This document shows, in pieces, positions 52,778 through 61,638 of a stretch of 64,000 nt of DNA. This DNA is from an uncultured Candidatus Nanopelagicus sp. Its GTDB lineage: Bacteria > Actinomycetota > Actinomycetes > Nanopelagicales > Nanopelagicaceae. A model generated the notes under the pieces. It made no database searches. It had not been told where the DNA came from and was given only the letters and a program-made list of their open reading frames with translations. The first letter of the stretch is position 1. Each line of letters begins with the position of its first letter. Location: contig CAZDKV010000002.1 of assembly GCA_964506125.1 (NCBI GenBank), positions 10,924 to 74,923 on the forward strand. The letters run 5' to 3'. The position numbers and the translations under genes were made by a program.

Positions 52778-52996
52778 TTACCCTGTTTTTTTCCTCCCCC
52801 GATCGCTCTTATTAGTAGGAGTAAATCTCAAGGGTGGAACTAAGCCCACCAAGGCAAGATTATTTATGGCAGCCTCATGAGACGCACTCAACTCAGCTTT
52901 TTTATCAGTAGCAGGGGTAATTTGCAGTAGCACTGACACAACACAATCGCCACAAGCGATATCGCGCATTACACAACTATCACAATCGATGATCAT
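52778..52996 (-). CDS. Small Cys-rich conserved actinobacterial protein
   Basis: MIIDCDSCVMRDIACGDCVV ... LVPPLR. Confidence 0.8.
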   Translation of the reverse strand: MIIDCDSCVMRDIACGDCVVSVLLQITPATDKKAELSASHEAAINNLALVGLVPPLRFTPTNKSDRGRKKTG

Positions 52997-53002
52997 TGCT
53001 AA

Positions 53003-53024
53003 AGGTTAGATGCAGCCACTGACA
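53003..53024 (-). promoter_or_regulatory. RecA-NDp/PafBC-type promoter (leaderless)
   Basis: Minus strand TGTCAG-TGGCTGCATC-TAACCT, then 6 nt, then ATG. Confidence 0.75.
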
Positions 53025-53043
53025 CTGGGTAACCTTAAGCACT

Positions 53044-53571
53044 ATGCGAGAAGTGATCACTACCGCCAACCTAATCGTGGGTAAGGATGGCTCCACCACC
53101 AAATCAGGCTCCTCAATTGGCCTATCTACCGATGAGGATCGCAACCGCTTTAAGGCGCTGCGGGCCAAGAGTGATCTGATTTTAATTGGCGGCAATACCG
53201 CACGGCGAGAGCCTTATAAGCGCACCCCCATTCCACTTTATATCCTCACTCATTCAAAGGTTAGGTTGCAACCTAAAAATCAGTTAGCAAAACAATTTGC
53301 TTTAACACCTTCACAGATAATTGAAGAAATTTCTGCAAATTTTAATCCTGCCGAAAGATCCCCAATTAATCTTCTAATTGAGGCAGGGCCAAATCTTTTG
53401 CTACAAATGATAAAACAAGGATTGGTTGATCATTTATACCTAACCATCAATCTGCAAGCCATTGGTGAAAACCCAATCGCAATCTCTGATTTAACAGATA
53501 ACTTTGAGTTGATTAGTAGCGAGGAGATCCAACCTTGCCAATTTACTTACTACAAAAGGTTAGCTAAGTGA
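53044..53571 (+). CDS. RibD C-terminal / DHFR-like reductase
   Basis: LRAKSDLILIGGNTARRE, IEAGPNL. Confidence 0.75.
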   Translation: MREVITTANLIVGKDGSTTKSGSSIGLSTDEDRNRFKALRAKSDLILIGGNTARREPYKRTPIPLYILTHSKVRLQPKNQLAKQFALTPSQIIEEISANFNPAERSPINLLIEAGPNLLLQMIKQGLVDHLYLTINLQAIGENPIAISDLTDNFELISSEEIQPCQFTYYKRLAK

Positions 53572-54399
53572 GATTACCGCAACACCAGTAATTGCAAAGG
53601 CAATCCCAAGGTATTGAACTTTATGTAAGCGCTCATGCAGCAGTTTGAATGCGAGTAAGGCGGTAACAATTGGGTATAGCGAACCTAAAACCACTGCCAG
53701 AGAGACAAGCCCCTTAGTTGTTGCTACTCCTAACAATAAATTTGCAATAAAGTCTGCGCCACCTATCACAATCAAAATTGGTAAATCTTTTCTAGTAAAT
53801 CCCCCGATTGTTCGATACCTAGCGAACAACAAAAGTGCCACAGTGAAGGTTGCAAAACGCATTGTGGTCATGGTCATAATCGCACTGCTCTCTGAACCCT
53901 TTGCGATAAATGTCACCGCACCACCAAAGCCAAGTGCAGCTATTACTGCAAATACAATTGGTTTGATAGTGAAACCACCTTTTATCTCAGGCCCACTTGC
54001 AAAGAAAGCACCGGTTAAAGCAATGCCCATCCCAACCATCTGCCCGGTATTTGGTTTCTCACCATTAATAAATGCAATAGTCAACGGAATAATTACACTC
54101 AATGCGCTAATCGGTGCAACAACACCCATTCGCCCAGTTGCTAACCCTGAGTAAAAGGCAACTAAGCCAATAAATCCAAGTAATCCAGCGCAGACCCCAG
54201 ATAGAAAGTAATTATCCCAAGATAGTGTTGGTCGAAACCAAGATGAGCTAATCAAAACAATCAAAATACCAATTGCTAATCCAATTGCTTGTGAAACTGC
54301 TGTCACTGCAATTGCTTGGTATCGCTTGGATAATTTTCCACCTAAGAAATCAGCTCCACCCCAAAGAATTGAGGAGAGAAGTGCTAGTAGAGAGGCCAC
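53560..54399 (-). CDS. EamA/DMT family transporter
   Basis: WGGADFLGG, GRMGVVAP, LGSLYP. Confidence 0.88.
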   Translation of the reverse strand: MASLLALLSSILWGGADFLGGKLSKRYQAIAVTAVSQAIGLAIGILIVLISSSWFRPTLSWDNYFLSGVCAGLLGFIGLVAFYSGLATGRMGVVAPISALSVIIPLTIAFINGEKPNTGQMVGMGIALTGAFFASGPEIKGGFTIKPIVFAVIAALGFGGAVTFIAKGSESSAIMTMTTMRFATFTVALLLFARYRTIGGFTRKDLPILIVIGGADFIANLLLGVATTKGLVSLAVVLGSLYPIVTALLAFKLLHERLHKVQYLGIAFAITGVAVISLS

Positions 54400-54491
54400 C
54401 GGTGGAGCCTACTAGGTTGCATTAGCGCATATCTGTCTGGGTTTGCTCGTGCCTGCTCATACTTATTGGATTAGCAATTTATCCTTAGGTA

Positions 54492-55031
54492 GTGAGCAAA
54501 ACATTTGATCAACTTATTCAACCGATATTGGCTTTAAAGCCAAGAGGTGAGATTTTGCTTGAGTCAGTACCTGCGCCACAAAAACTTGCACCTTACGCAT
54601 TAGCAATGACTGCTGATGTTTTAGAGGATGCCGCTACCGGTAGATTTGTTTTGCTTCATGATCCTGCCGGCCAAGAAGGCTGGGGCGGTCAATGGCGGTG
54701 CGTAACATTTGCAAGAGCTGCAATTGATTTAGAGATGGCAGCAGATCCATTGTTACCAGAGATTGGCTGGGCTTGGTTATTGGAATCATTAAAAAAACAT
54801 GGCTGTGAATTTATCAATCCAAGTGGCACGGTAACTAGAGTTGCTAGCGCCTCCTTTGGTGAATTAGTAGAACGAGATGAGGACTCTGAAATTGAAGTTC
54901 GCGCATCTTGGACGCCAACTGGTGAAGAAAATTTAGCTGAGCATGTAAATGCCTGGTTAGAGTTGTTGGCAATCAGCGCAGGACTTGAGCCAATTCCACA
55001 TGGAGTTAGCTCAATTGCTCGCAACAACTAG
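54492..55031 (+). CDS. DUF3000 family protein
   Basis: PAPQKLAPYA, GRFVLLHDP, EVRASWTP. Confidence 0.9.
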   Translation: MSKTFDQLIQPILALKPRGEILLESVPAPQKLAPYALAMTADVLEDAATGRFVLLHDPAGQEGWGGQWRCVTFARAAIDLEMAADPLLPEIGWAWLLESLKKHGCEFINPSGTVTRVASASFGELVERDEDSEIEVRASWTPTGEENLAEHVNAWLELLAISAGLEPIPHGVSSIARNN

Positions 55032-55044
55032 AATTACCTAAGTA

Positions 55045-56334
55045 ATGTTGACACCACTTTTATCCCCGCGTGCTGGCACCCCTGAAATTTCTGCCGATGA
55101 AAGCAGTTTTGAGAAGGTAATTAAATCTTTATTAGCTGGTGCTGGCCCAATTGCAATTGATGCCGAGCGTGCCTCTGGTTACCGCTACAGTCAACGGGCT
55201 TACTTGATCCAAATATTTCGTAAGGATGGTGGGCTGCATTTAATTGATCCAATTCCACTTAAAGGATCAAAACTTTGGCAGAGATTTAATGATCACTTTG
55301 CAAATGTTGAATGGGTGATTCATGCCAGCACCCAGGACTTACCTTGCTTAATCGAGCTTGGACTCTCACCCAAACTTCTCTTTGATACTGAATTAGGGGC
55401 AAGAATTGCTGGCTGTCCAAAGGTTGGGTTAGGAGCGCTAGCTGAGAGCTTGCTTGAGTTGCAATTAGCAAAGGAACACTCAGCAGTTGATTGGTCGATC
55501 CGACCACTACGCCCGGAATGGATTACTTATGCCGCACTTGATGTAGATATCTTGCTTGAGATTAGAGACAAGGTTGAACAGATGCTCATCGATCAGAACA
55601 AAATCAACTGGGCACTTCAGGATTTTGCCGCTATTTTAAATAACTACCAAGATTATGAGTTCACAGATACTCCTAAATCTGATCGATGGCGCAGAACCTC
55701 AGGAATGCATAAGGTGCGAGATCGTCTAACTCTGACAATTGTTAAAGATTTATGGATTAGTCGGGATGAGTTAGCACGCCAGATGGATCTTGCGCCTGGT
55801 CGAGTACTAAATGATGAAGCGATTGTTGAGTTAGCAACTAAACGTCCAGAGACATTAGAGGATGTGGCAAAGGTAATTGGCTGGCGAACTAGATTAGAGG
55901 CCCCGCCATTTAACCGCTGGTTGAAGGTATTGACCACCTCTCTTCAGACACCAATCGCCGAGCAACCTGAGTTAAGGGTGGCATCTGCAAATCTGCCACC
56001 ATTGAAAATCTGGAAAGAGAAAAATCCAATCGGTTATGCTCGATTAACCCATGTTCGAGCAGCTCTGTTGGAGTTATCTGCGCAACTGCAAATCCCAACT
56101 GAGAATTTAATTACGCCAGAGATTATTAAGCGTATCTGCTGGCAGGAGCCACCACTTGTTCCAAGTGAGTATGAAGATTTTGTAAATACTGAGTTGGAGC
56201 GTTTAGGTGCCAGACCTTGGCAGGTTGAACAAGTTGCTCACTTAGTCGCAGCCAATCTTGGAGCAACTGAGCCGTTGGTAATTCCTGATCAAGTTGAAAC
56301 TGAGAGTCAAAATTCACCGGAGGAGATCGCCTAA
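55045..56334 (+). CDS. rnd: Ribonuclease D with HRDC domain
   Basis: IDAERASGYRY, LFDTEL, YAALDV. Confidence 0.92.
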   Translation: MLTPLLSPRAGTPEISADESSFEKVIKSLLAGAGPIAIDAERASGYRYSQRAYLIQIFRKDGGLHLIDPIPLKGSKLWQRFNDHFANVEWVIHASTQDLPCLIELGLSPKLLFDTELGARIAGCPKVGLGALAESLLELQLAKEHSAVDWSIRPLRPEWITYAALDVDILLEIRDKVEQMLIDQNKINWALQDFAAILNNYQDYEFTDTPKSDRWRRTSGMHKVRDRLTLTIVKDLWISRDELARQMDLAPGRVLNDEAIVELATKRPETLEDVAKVIGWRTRLEAPPFNRWLKVLTTSLQTPIAEQPELRVASANLPPLKIWKEKNPIGYARLTHVRAALLELSAQLQIPTENLITPEIIKRICWQEPPLVPSEYEDFVNTELERLGARPWQVEQVAHLVAANLGATEPLVIPDQVETESQNSPEEIA

Positions 56335-56418
56335 AACCACTGCCAGTCCTCACTATCCAATTTCACTACTGGCGAGTAACCTACTCTCCTAACGGTAGAT
56401 CGATAGCAAGGGGTTGAT

Positions 56419-57624
56419 ATGAGCAAAACTGCAACAGCCAAAACAAATGTGGTCTTAGTAGATGCGGTGCGAACCCCATTTGGCAAAGCCGGATCCCTTT
56501 ATGCTCAAACGAGAGCCGATGACATTATGGTGCGTTGCATTCGTGGCTTATTAGAGCGAAATCCAAATCTACCGCTTGATCAAATTGATGATGTCGCAAT
56601 TGCTGCTGCCACCCAAACTGGTGATCAAGGAATGAATATTGGTAGATCTGTTTCAATTTTGGCCGGTATTCCAAATACGGTTCCAGGTTACTCAATTGAT
56701 AGATGGTGTGCTGGGGCATTAACTGCAGTTACCACAATCGCTGGTGGCATAAATATGGGCTCTTATGATTTAGCTATTGCTGGCGGTGTTGAACATATGG
56801 GTAATCATCCAATGGGCGATGGTATGGATCCAAACCCACGCTATTTAGCTGAAAAGATTGTTGATACCGATGCATTACAAATGGGTGCCACTGCAGAAAG
56901 GTTGCATGACAAGTTTCCACATCTGACAAAAGAACGAGCCGACAAGTATGCATTAGCTTCTCAACAAAAAACTGCGGCAGCATATGCTGCAAATAAAATT
57001 CAGCCAGATTTAATTCCAGTTGCAACTAGAAATGTTGAACTTGGTTGGGGCATAGCAACAGTTGATGAGCCACCTAGACCGCAAACTACATTAGAGGCCT
57101 TATCTGCTCTGAAAACTCCCTTTAGGCCAGCCGGTCGAGTAACAGCTGGAAATGCTGCAGGATTAAATGATGGTGCAACCGCAGCAATTTTGGCCTCCGA
57201 ATCAAAAGCAAAAGAGTTAAATCTGCCGGTCAAAGCAAAGATGGTCTCCTTTGCCTTCGCTGGTGTTGAACCTGAAATCATGGGTTATGGACCGGTGCCA
57301 AGCACTATTAAGGCGCTTAAAAAAGCAGGTTTAGATATATCTGATATTGGTTTGTTTGAGGTTAATGAAGCTTTTGCAATTCAAGTGCTTGCATTTTTAG
57401 ATCACTTTGGAATTGCCGATGATGATAAGCGAGTAAATATCTATGGTGGAGCTATTGCAGTTGGCCATCCACTTGCTTCATCTGGAGTTCGGTTAATCCT
57501 TAATTTAGCTAATGGATTCAAGGAGAATCCTGATGTGCGGTATGGAATTACAACTATGTGTATTGGTTTAGGCATGGGCGGCACCATTATTTGGGAGAAC
57601 CCGAATTTCAAAGGAAGTAAATAA
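56419..57624 (+). CDS. fadA: Acetyl-CoA acyltransferase (thiolase)
   Basis: IDRWCAG, NEAFA, GHP, MCIGLGMG. Confidence 0.93.
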   Translation: MSKTATAKTNVVLVDAVRTPFGKAGSLYAQTRADDIMVRCIRGLLERNPNLPLDQIDDVAIAAATQTGDQGMNIGRSVSILAGIPNTVPGYSIDRWCAGALTAVTTIAGGINMGSYDLAIAGGVEHMGNHPMGDGMDPNPRYLAEKIVDTDALQMGATAERLHDKFPHLTKERADKYALASQQKTAAAYAANKIQPDLIPVATRNVELGWGIATVDEPPRPQTTLEALSALKTPFRPAGRVTAGNAAGLNDGATAAILASESKAKELNLPVKAKMVSFAFAGVEPEIMGYGPVPSTIKALKKAGLDISDIGLFEVNEAFAIQVLAFLDHFGIADDDKRVNIYGGAIAVGHPLASSGVRLILNLANGFKENPDVRYGITTMCIGLGMGGTIIWENPNFKGSK

Positions 57625-59726
57625 TGTCTGAGGTTTTAGCAGGAGCACCTGATGAGGTTGTTACAAATGCTATTTTACAAATGGTTTCACTCACACCATT
57701 TGGCCATACCGGTAATTTAGCTTTAATTACCCTAGACAACGGTGCAGACCACAATCGTCCAAATACATTTGGTCCAGCATCCCTTGCTGCGCTATCCAAT
57801 GCAATTGATGAAGCGCAAAAATCAGATGCAGTAGCTATTGCTGTAACTGGCAAGCCATTTATATTTGCCGCTGGTGCTGACCTGTCAGCTATGAGTTTTT
57901 TAAAGGATAAATCACAAGCTATTGCAATTGGTGATCTAGGCCATGATGTTTTTATTAAGCTTTATGAGAGCAAAAAGCCAACCTTTGCATTTATTAACGG
58001 TTTAGCACTTGGTGGTGGCTTAGAGGTAGGTCTTAATTGTCACTATCGCACCTTGGCATCAACTGCATTTACTGGCTTACCAGAATGCTTCCTAGGGTTA
58101 GTCCCAGGGTGGGGCGGGGCAACGCTGTTACCAAAACTAGTTGGACCAGAAAATGCCGTTCAAGTAATTATTGTCAATGCTCTAAATAACAACACAATGA
58201 TGAAGTCAAAGGACGCGCTCTCACTTGGCGTGGTTGATGCGGTATTTGAACCATCTGATTTCCTGGAGAACTCAGTGAAGTTTGCTGCAAATGTATTAAG
58301 TGGTAAAACCAAAATAGAGCGAAAAGACTTCAGTAAAGACACCGCTGGATTTGAAAAAGCTATCGCAACTGGAAAGGCAGCGGTGGCTAAGAAATATAGT
58401 GGGGCTCAAATACCGTCTCCATTAGCAGCGTTGGAATTAATCAAAGCCGCTCAAAGTAATTCAGTAAGGGATGGCTTTGCAGCTGAAACCAAGGTTTTAG
58501 CTGATCTAGTCATGAGTGATTCATTGCGTGCTTCTTTGTACTCCTTTAATTTGATTCAAAAAAAGCGTAAAAAAGTTGAAGGAGCACCTAAACCTGCCCT
58601 GGCACGTAAAGTCACTAAGGTTGGTGTAGTCGGTGCTGGTTTGATGGCCTCCCAGCTTGCACTCTTAATGCTTAGAAATTTAAAAGTGCCGGTCGTTATT
58701 ACTGATATTGATCAGGAGCGGGTGGATAAAGGTTTGACCTGGATAAAATCTGAGATTCAAAAGCTAGTCGACAAGAAGCGACTAAGTACCGAGGCAGCCT
58801 CCCGATTACTTTCAAATATTTCAGGCTCCGTTGATAAAAAAGTATTTGCTAACTGTGATTTCATAATCGAAGCCATTTTTGAAGAATTGGCATTAAAGCA
58901 AAAACTTTTCAAGGAGTTAGAGCAGATCATCACTCCTGAGTGTATTTTAGCGACCAATACCTCTTCACTTTCAGTTGAGGCGATGAGTGAAGGTTTAAAA
59001 AATCCAGAGCGAGTTGTTGGATTCCACTTCTTTAATCCAGTTGCAGTAATGCCTCTCCTTGAGGTGGCTCGAACCACTAAAACTGATGATGCAACAACTG
59101 CTACCGCAATTAATGTCGGTAAGGAGTTAAAGAAAACTATGGTGATTGTAAAAGATGCACCGGCGTTTGTGGTTAACCGCTTATTAACAAGATTTATGGG
59201 TGAGGTTACTGATGCAATTGATGAGGGAACGCCATATGAAGTTGCAGATGCTGCTATGGCACCACTTGGCTTCCCAATGTCATCACTTGAATTACTTGGG
59301 TTAGTAGGGCCAGGTGTGGCATTACATGTATCTGAGACCCTAAATAAAAATCTCGGCCCACGTTACAAAGTTTCACCAACCATGCAACGATTTGTTAAAG
59401 AGGGTGTAAAAACTTTCTATGTTAAAGATGCAAATGGTGTAAATACTGTAAATCCAGCTGCATTAGCAGCACTGGAAAAAGGCAACAAACCATCTACGGC
59501 AGAGCAGGTAAGAAAGCGGGCGCTGGAGGCGTTAGCAACTGAGGCAAAGATGATGCTTGATGAAGGTGTGGTTGCAACTCCACAGGAGATTGATATTTGC
59601 ATGCTACTTGGTTCTGGTTGGCCGATGCACTTAGGAGGCATCTTGCCTTATCTAGATCGAGAAGGAATTAGCGAAGCGGTTTGCGGCGTTCGCTTTCATC
59701 CAAAGGGCGTGGCATCTCTTCCTTAG
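57624..59726 (+). CDS. fadB: Enoyl-CoA hydratase / 3-hydroxyacyl-CoA dehydrogenase
   Basis: GGGLE, GAGLMA, NTSSL, GFHFFNP. Confidence 0.92.
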   Translation: MSEVLAGAPDEVVTNAILQMVSLTPFGHTGNLALITLDNGADHNRPNTFGPASLAALSNAIDEAQKSDAVAIAVTGKPFIFAAGADLSAMSFLKDKSQAIAIGDLGHDVFIKLYESKKPTFAFINGLALGGGLEVGLNCHYRTLASTAFTGLPECFLGLVPGWGGATLLPKLVGPENAVQVIIVNALNNNTMMKSKDALSLGVVDAVFEPSDFLENSVKFAANVLSGKTKIERKDFSKDTAGFEKAIATGKAAVAKKYSGAQIPSPLAALELIKAAQSNSVRDGFAAETKVLADLVMSDSLRASLYSFNLIQKKRKKVEGAPKPALARKVTKVGVVGAGLMASQLALLMLRNLKVPVVITDIDQERVDKGLTWIKSEIQKLVDKKRLSTEAASRLLSNISGSVDKKVFANCDFIIEAIFEELALKQKLFKELEQIITPECILATNTSSLSVEAMSEGLKNPERVVGFHFFNPVAVMPLLEVARTTKTDDATTATAINVGKELKKTMVIVKDAPAFVVNRLLTRFMGEVTDAIDEGTPYEVADAAMAPLGFPMSSLELLGLVGPGVALHVSETLNKNLGPRYKVSPTMQRFVKEGVKTFYVKDANGVNTVNPAALAALEKGNKPSTAEQVRKRALEALATEAKMMLDEGVVATPQEIDICMLLGSGWPMHLGGILPYLDREGISEAVCGVRFHPKGVASLP

Positions 59727-61608
59727 TATCAACTGCGATTTGACTGCTATTCCAAGAAACCAGTGATCTCGTAATGTTTTGAACAGTTATGCCCAGATCT
59801 TCAAGAATCTGTGCGCGCTTGGCATGCTCTATGAATGAAAGAGGCAATCCAATTGAGTGAACAGGAATATTTAACTGCTCATCTCTAAATAATTCAGAGA
59901 TTGTGCTGGCAATACCACCATGCTTAATACCATCCTCTAACACAACTACTTTTTTGTATCGCTGCGCCATTGTTATCAAAGCTTTTGGAAGTGGTTTCAC
60001 CCATCTTGGATCTATGACAGTAACACCAACACCTTCACGGTAGGCCTGAGCAGCAGACTCAACAGCAATTGCTGCAAAGGCGCCGATGCTAATCAGTAAA
60101 ACATCTGCACTCTCGCCGCGATACAAAACATCAATTCCATCCCGACGCTCAAATGCTGGAATATCTGGATTTATAACACCCTTTGGAAATCGGATCAAAG
60201 ATGGTGCATCTGAGATATCTAATGCTTCACGCAAAGTCTCTTTAAGTCGCTCACCATCTCGTGGGGCTGCTACATGCAAAGTTGGAACAATGCCAGTTAA
60301 AGCAAGATCCCACATGCCATTATGTGATGGTCCATCATCGCCAGTAACACCTGCCCTATCTAGCACAAATGTCACTCCAGCTTTATGGAGTGCAACATCA
60401 AGCAATAATTGATCAAAGGCACGATTTAAAAAGGTTGAATAAACCGCAACTACCGGGTGTAATCCAGCAAATGCCATTCCAGCAGCAGCAGTTGTGGCAT
60501 GTTGTTCAGCAATACCAACATCAAAGGTGCGATCTGGATAAGCTTTTTCAAACTTATCCAATCCAGTTGGCCCCATCATTGCTGCAGTAATTGCAACTAC
60601 ATCATTTCTTTCAGCACCGATTTTTACTAGCTCATCAGAAAATACACTTGTCCAACTCTTTCCACTTTTGCTTAATGGTTGACCGGTTTCGGCATCAACC
60701 ACTCCAACGGCATGAAATTTCTCTGCTTCATCATTTATGGCGGGTGCATGTCCCCGCCCCTTTTCAGTGATGACATGAACTAATACTGGCTGTCCAAAAT
60801 CCTTGGCAATTTTTAAACTTTTCTCCATTGCCACTACGTCATGCCCATCTATTGGTCCTAAATACTTCAAACCTAAATCTTCAAACATGCCTTGCGGAGC
60901 AACAATATCTTTAATGCCCTTTTTAACCCCATGCAATGTCTCATAAATTGGATGGCCAACTACTGGGGTTCTCTCTAATACTCCCTTGCCCCAATCTAGA
61001 AACTTCTCATAACCGCTGGTTGCTCTGAGTGTTGAAAGATAGGTAGCTAATCCACCAATGGTTGGTGAGTAGGAGCGTTCATTATCGTTAACAATAATTA
61101 CTAATCTCTCATTTTTACTAGTTGAGATGTTGTTTAATGCCTCCCAGCTCATGCCACCAGTTAATGCGCCATCACCAACTACACAAACAACTACCCGATC
61201 CTTTTGATCAGTTAGCGAAAATCCTTTGGCGATACCATCACTCCAAGAAAGTGCTGTTGAAGCATGAGAGTTTTCCACTACATCATGTTCACTTTCACTG
61301 CGATTTGGATAACCTGCTAAGCCACCGCGTTGCCGTAATTTATCAAAACCGGCCATTCTTCCAGTTAATAATTTGTGTACATAACTTTGATGGCCAGTAT
61401 CAAATACCACCACATCTTTTGGTGAATCAAAAGTTCGATGAATAGCAATTGTTAACTCGACTACACCTAAATTTGGTCCTAAGTGTCCCCCAGATTTTGA
61501 AACCTGTTCAATTAAGAAACCTCTTATTTCGCTGGCCAATTGAGCGACTTCATCCTGATTTAGTCGCTTAACATCCGCTGGAGAGTTAATTTGGCTCAGC
61601 ATGTTCAT
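59668..61608 (-). CDS. dxs: 1-deoxy-D-xylulose-5-phosphate synthase
   Basis: GGHLGPNLG, GDGALTGG, GIAEQH, DRAG. Confidence 0.97.
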   Translation of the reverse strand: MNMLSQINSPADVKRLNQDEVAQLASEIRGFLIEQVSKSGGHLGPNLGVVELTIAIHRTFDSPKDVVVFDTGHQSYVHKLLTGRMAGFDKLRQRGGLAGYPNRSESEHDVVENSHASTALSWSDGIAKGFSLTDQKDRVVVCVVGDGALTGGMSWEALNNISTSKNERLVIIVNDNERSYSPTIGGLATYLSTLRATSGYEKFLDWGKGVLERTPVVGHPIYETLHGVKKGIKDIVAPQGMFEDLGLKYLGPIDGHDVVAMEKSLKIAKDFGQPVLVHVITEKGRGHAPAINDEAEKFHAVGVVDAETGQPLSKSGKSWTSVFSDELVKIGAERNDVVAITAAMMGPTGLDKFEKAYPDRTFDVGIAEQHATTAAAGMAFAGLHPVVAVYSTFLNRAFDQLLLDVALHKAGVTFVLDRAGVTGDDGPSHNGMWDLALTGIVPTLHVAAPRDGERLKETLREALDISDAPSLIRFPKGVINPDIPAFERRDGIDVLYRGESADVLLISIGAFAAIAVESAAQAYREGVGVTVIDPRWVKPLPKALITMAQRYKKVVVLEDGIKHGGIASTISELFRDEQLNIPVHSIGLPLSFIEHAKRAQILEDLGITVQNITRSLVSWNSSQIAVDTKEEMPRPLDESERRKPLR

Positions 61609-61638
61609 AGTTTAAAGGGAAGTTAGAGGGAATGCGAT

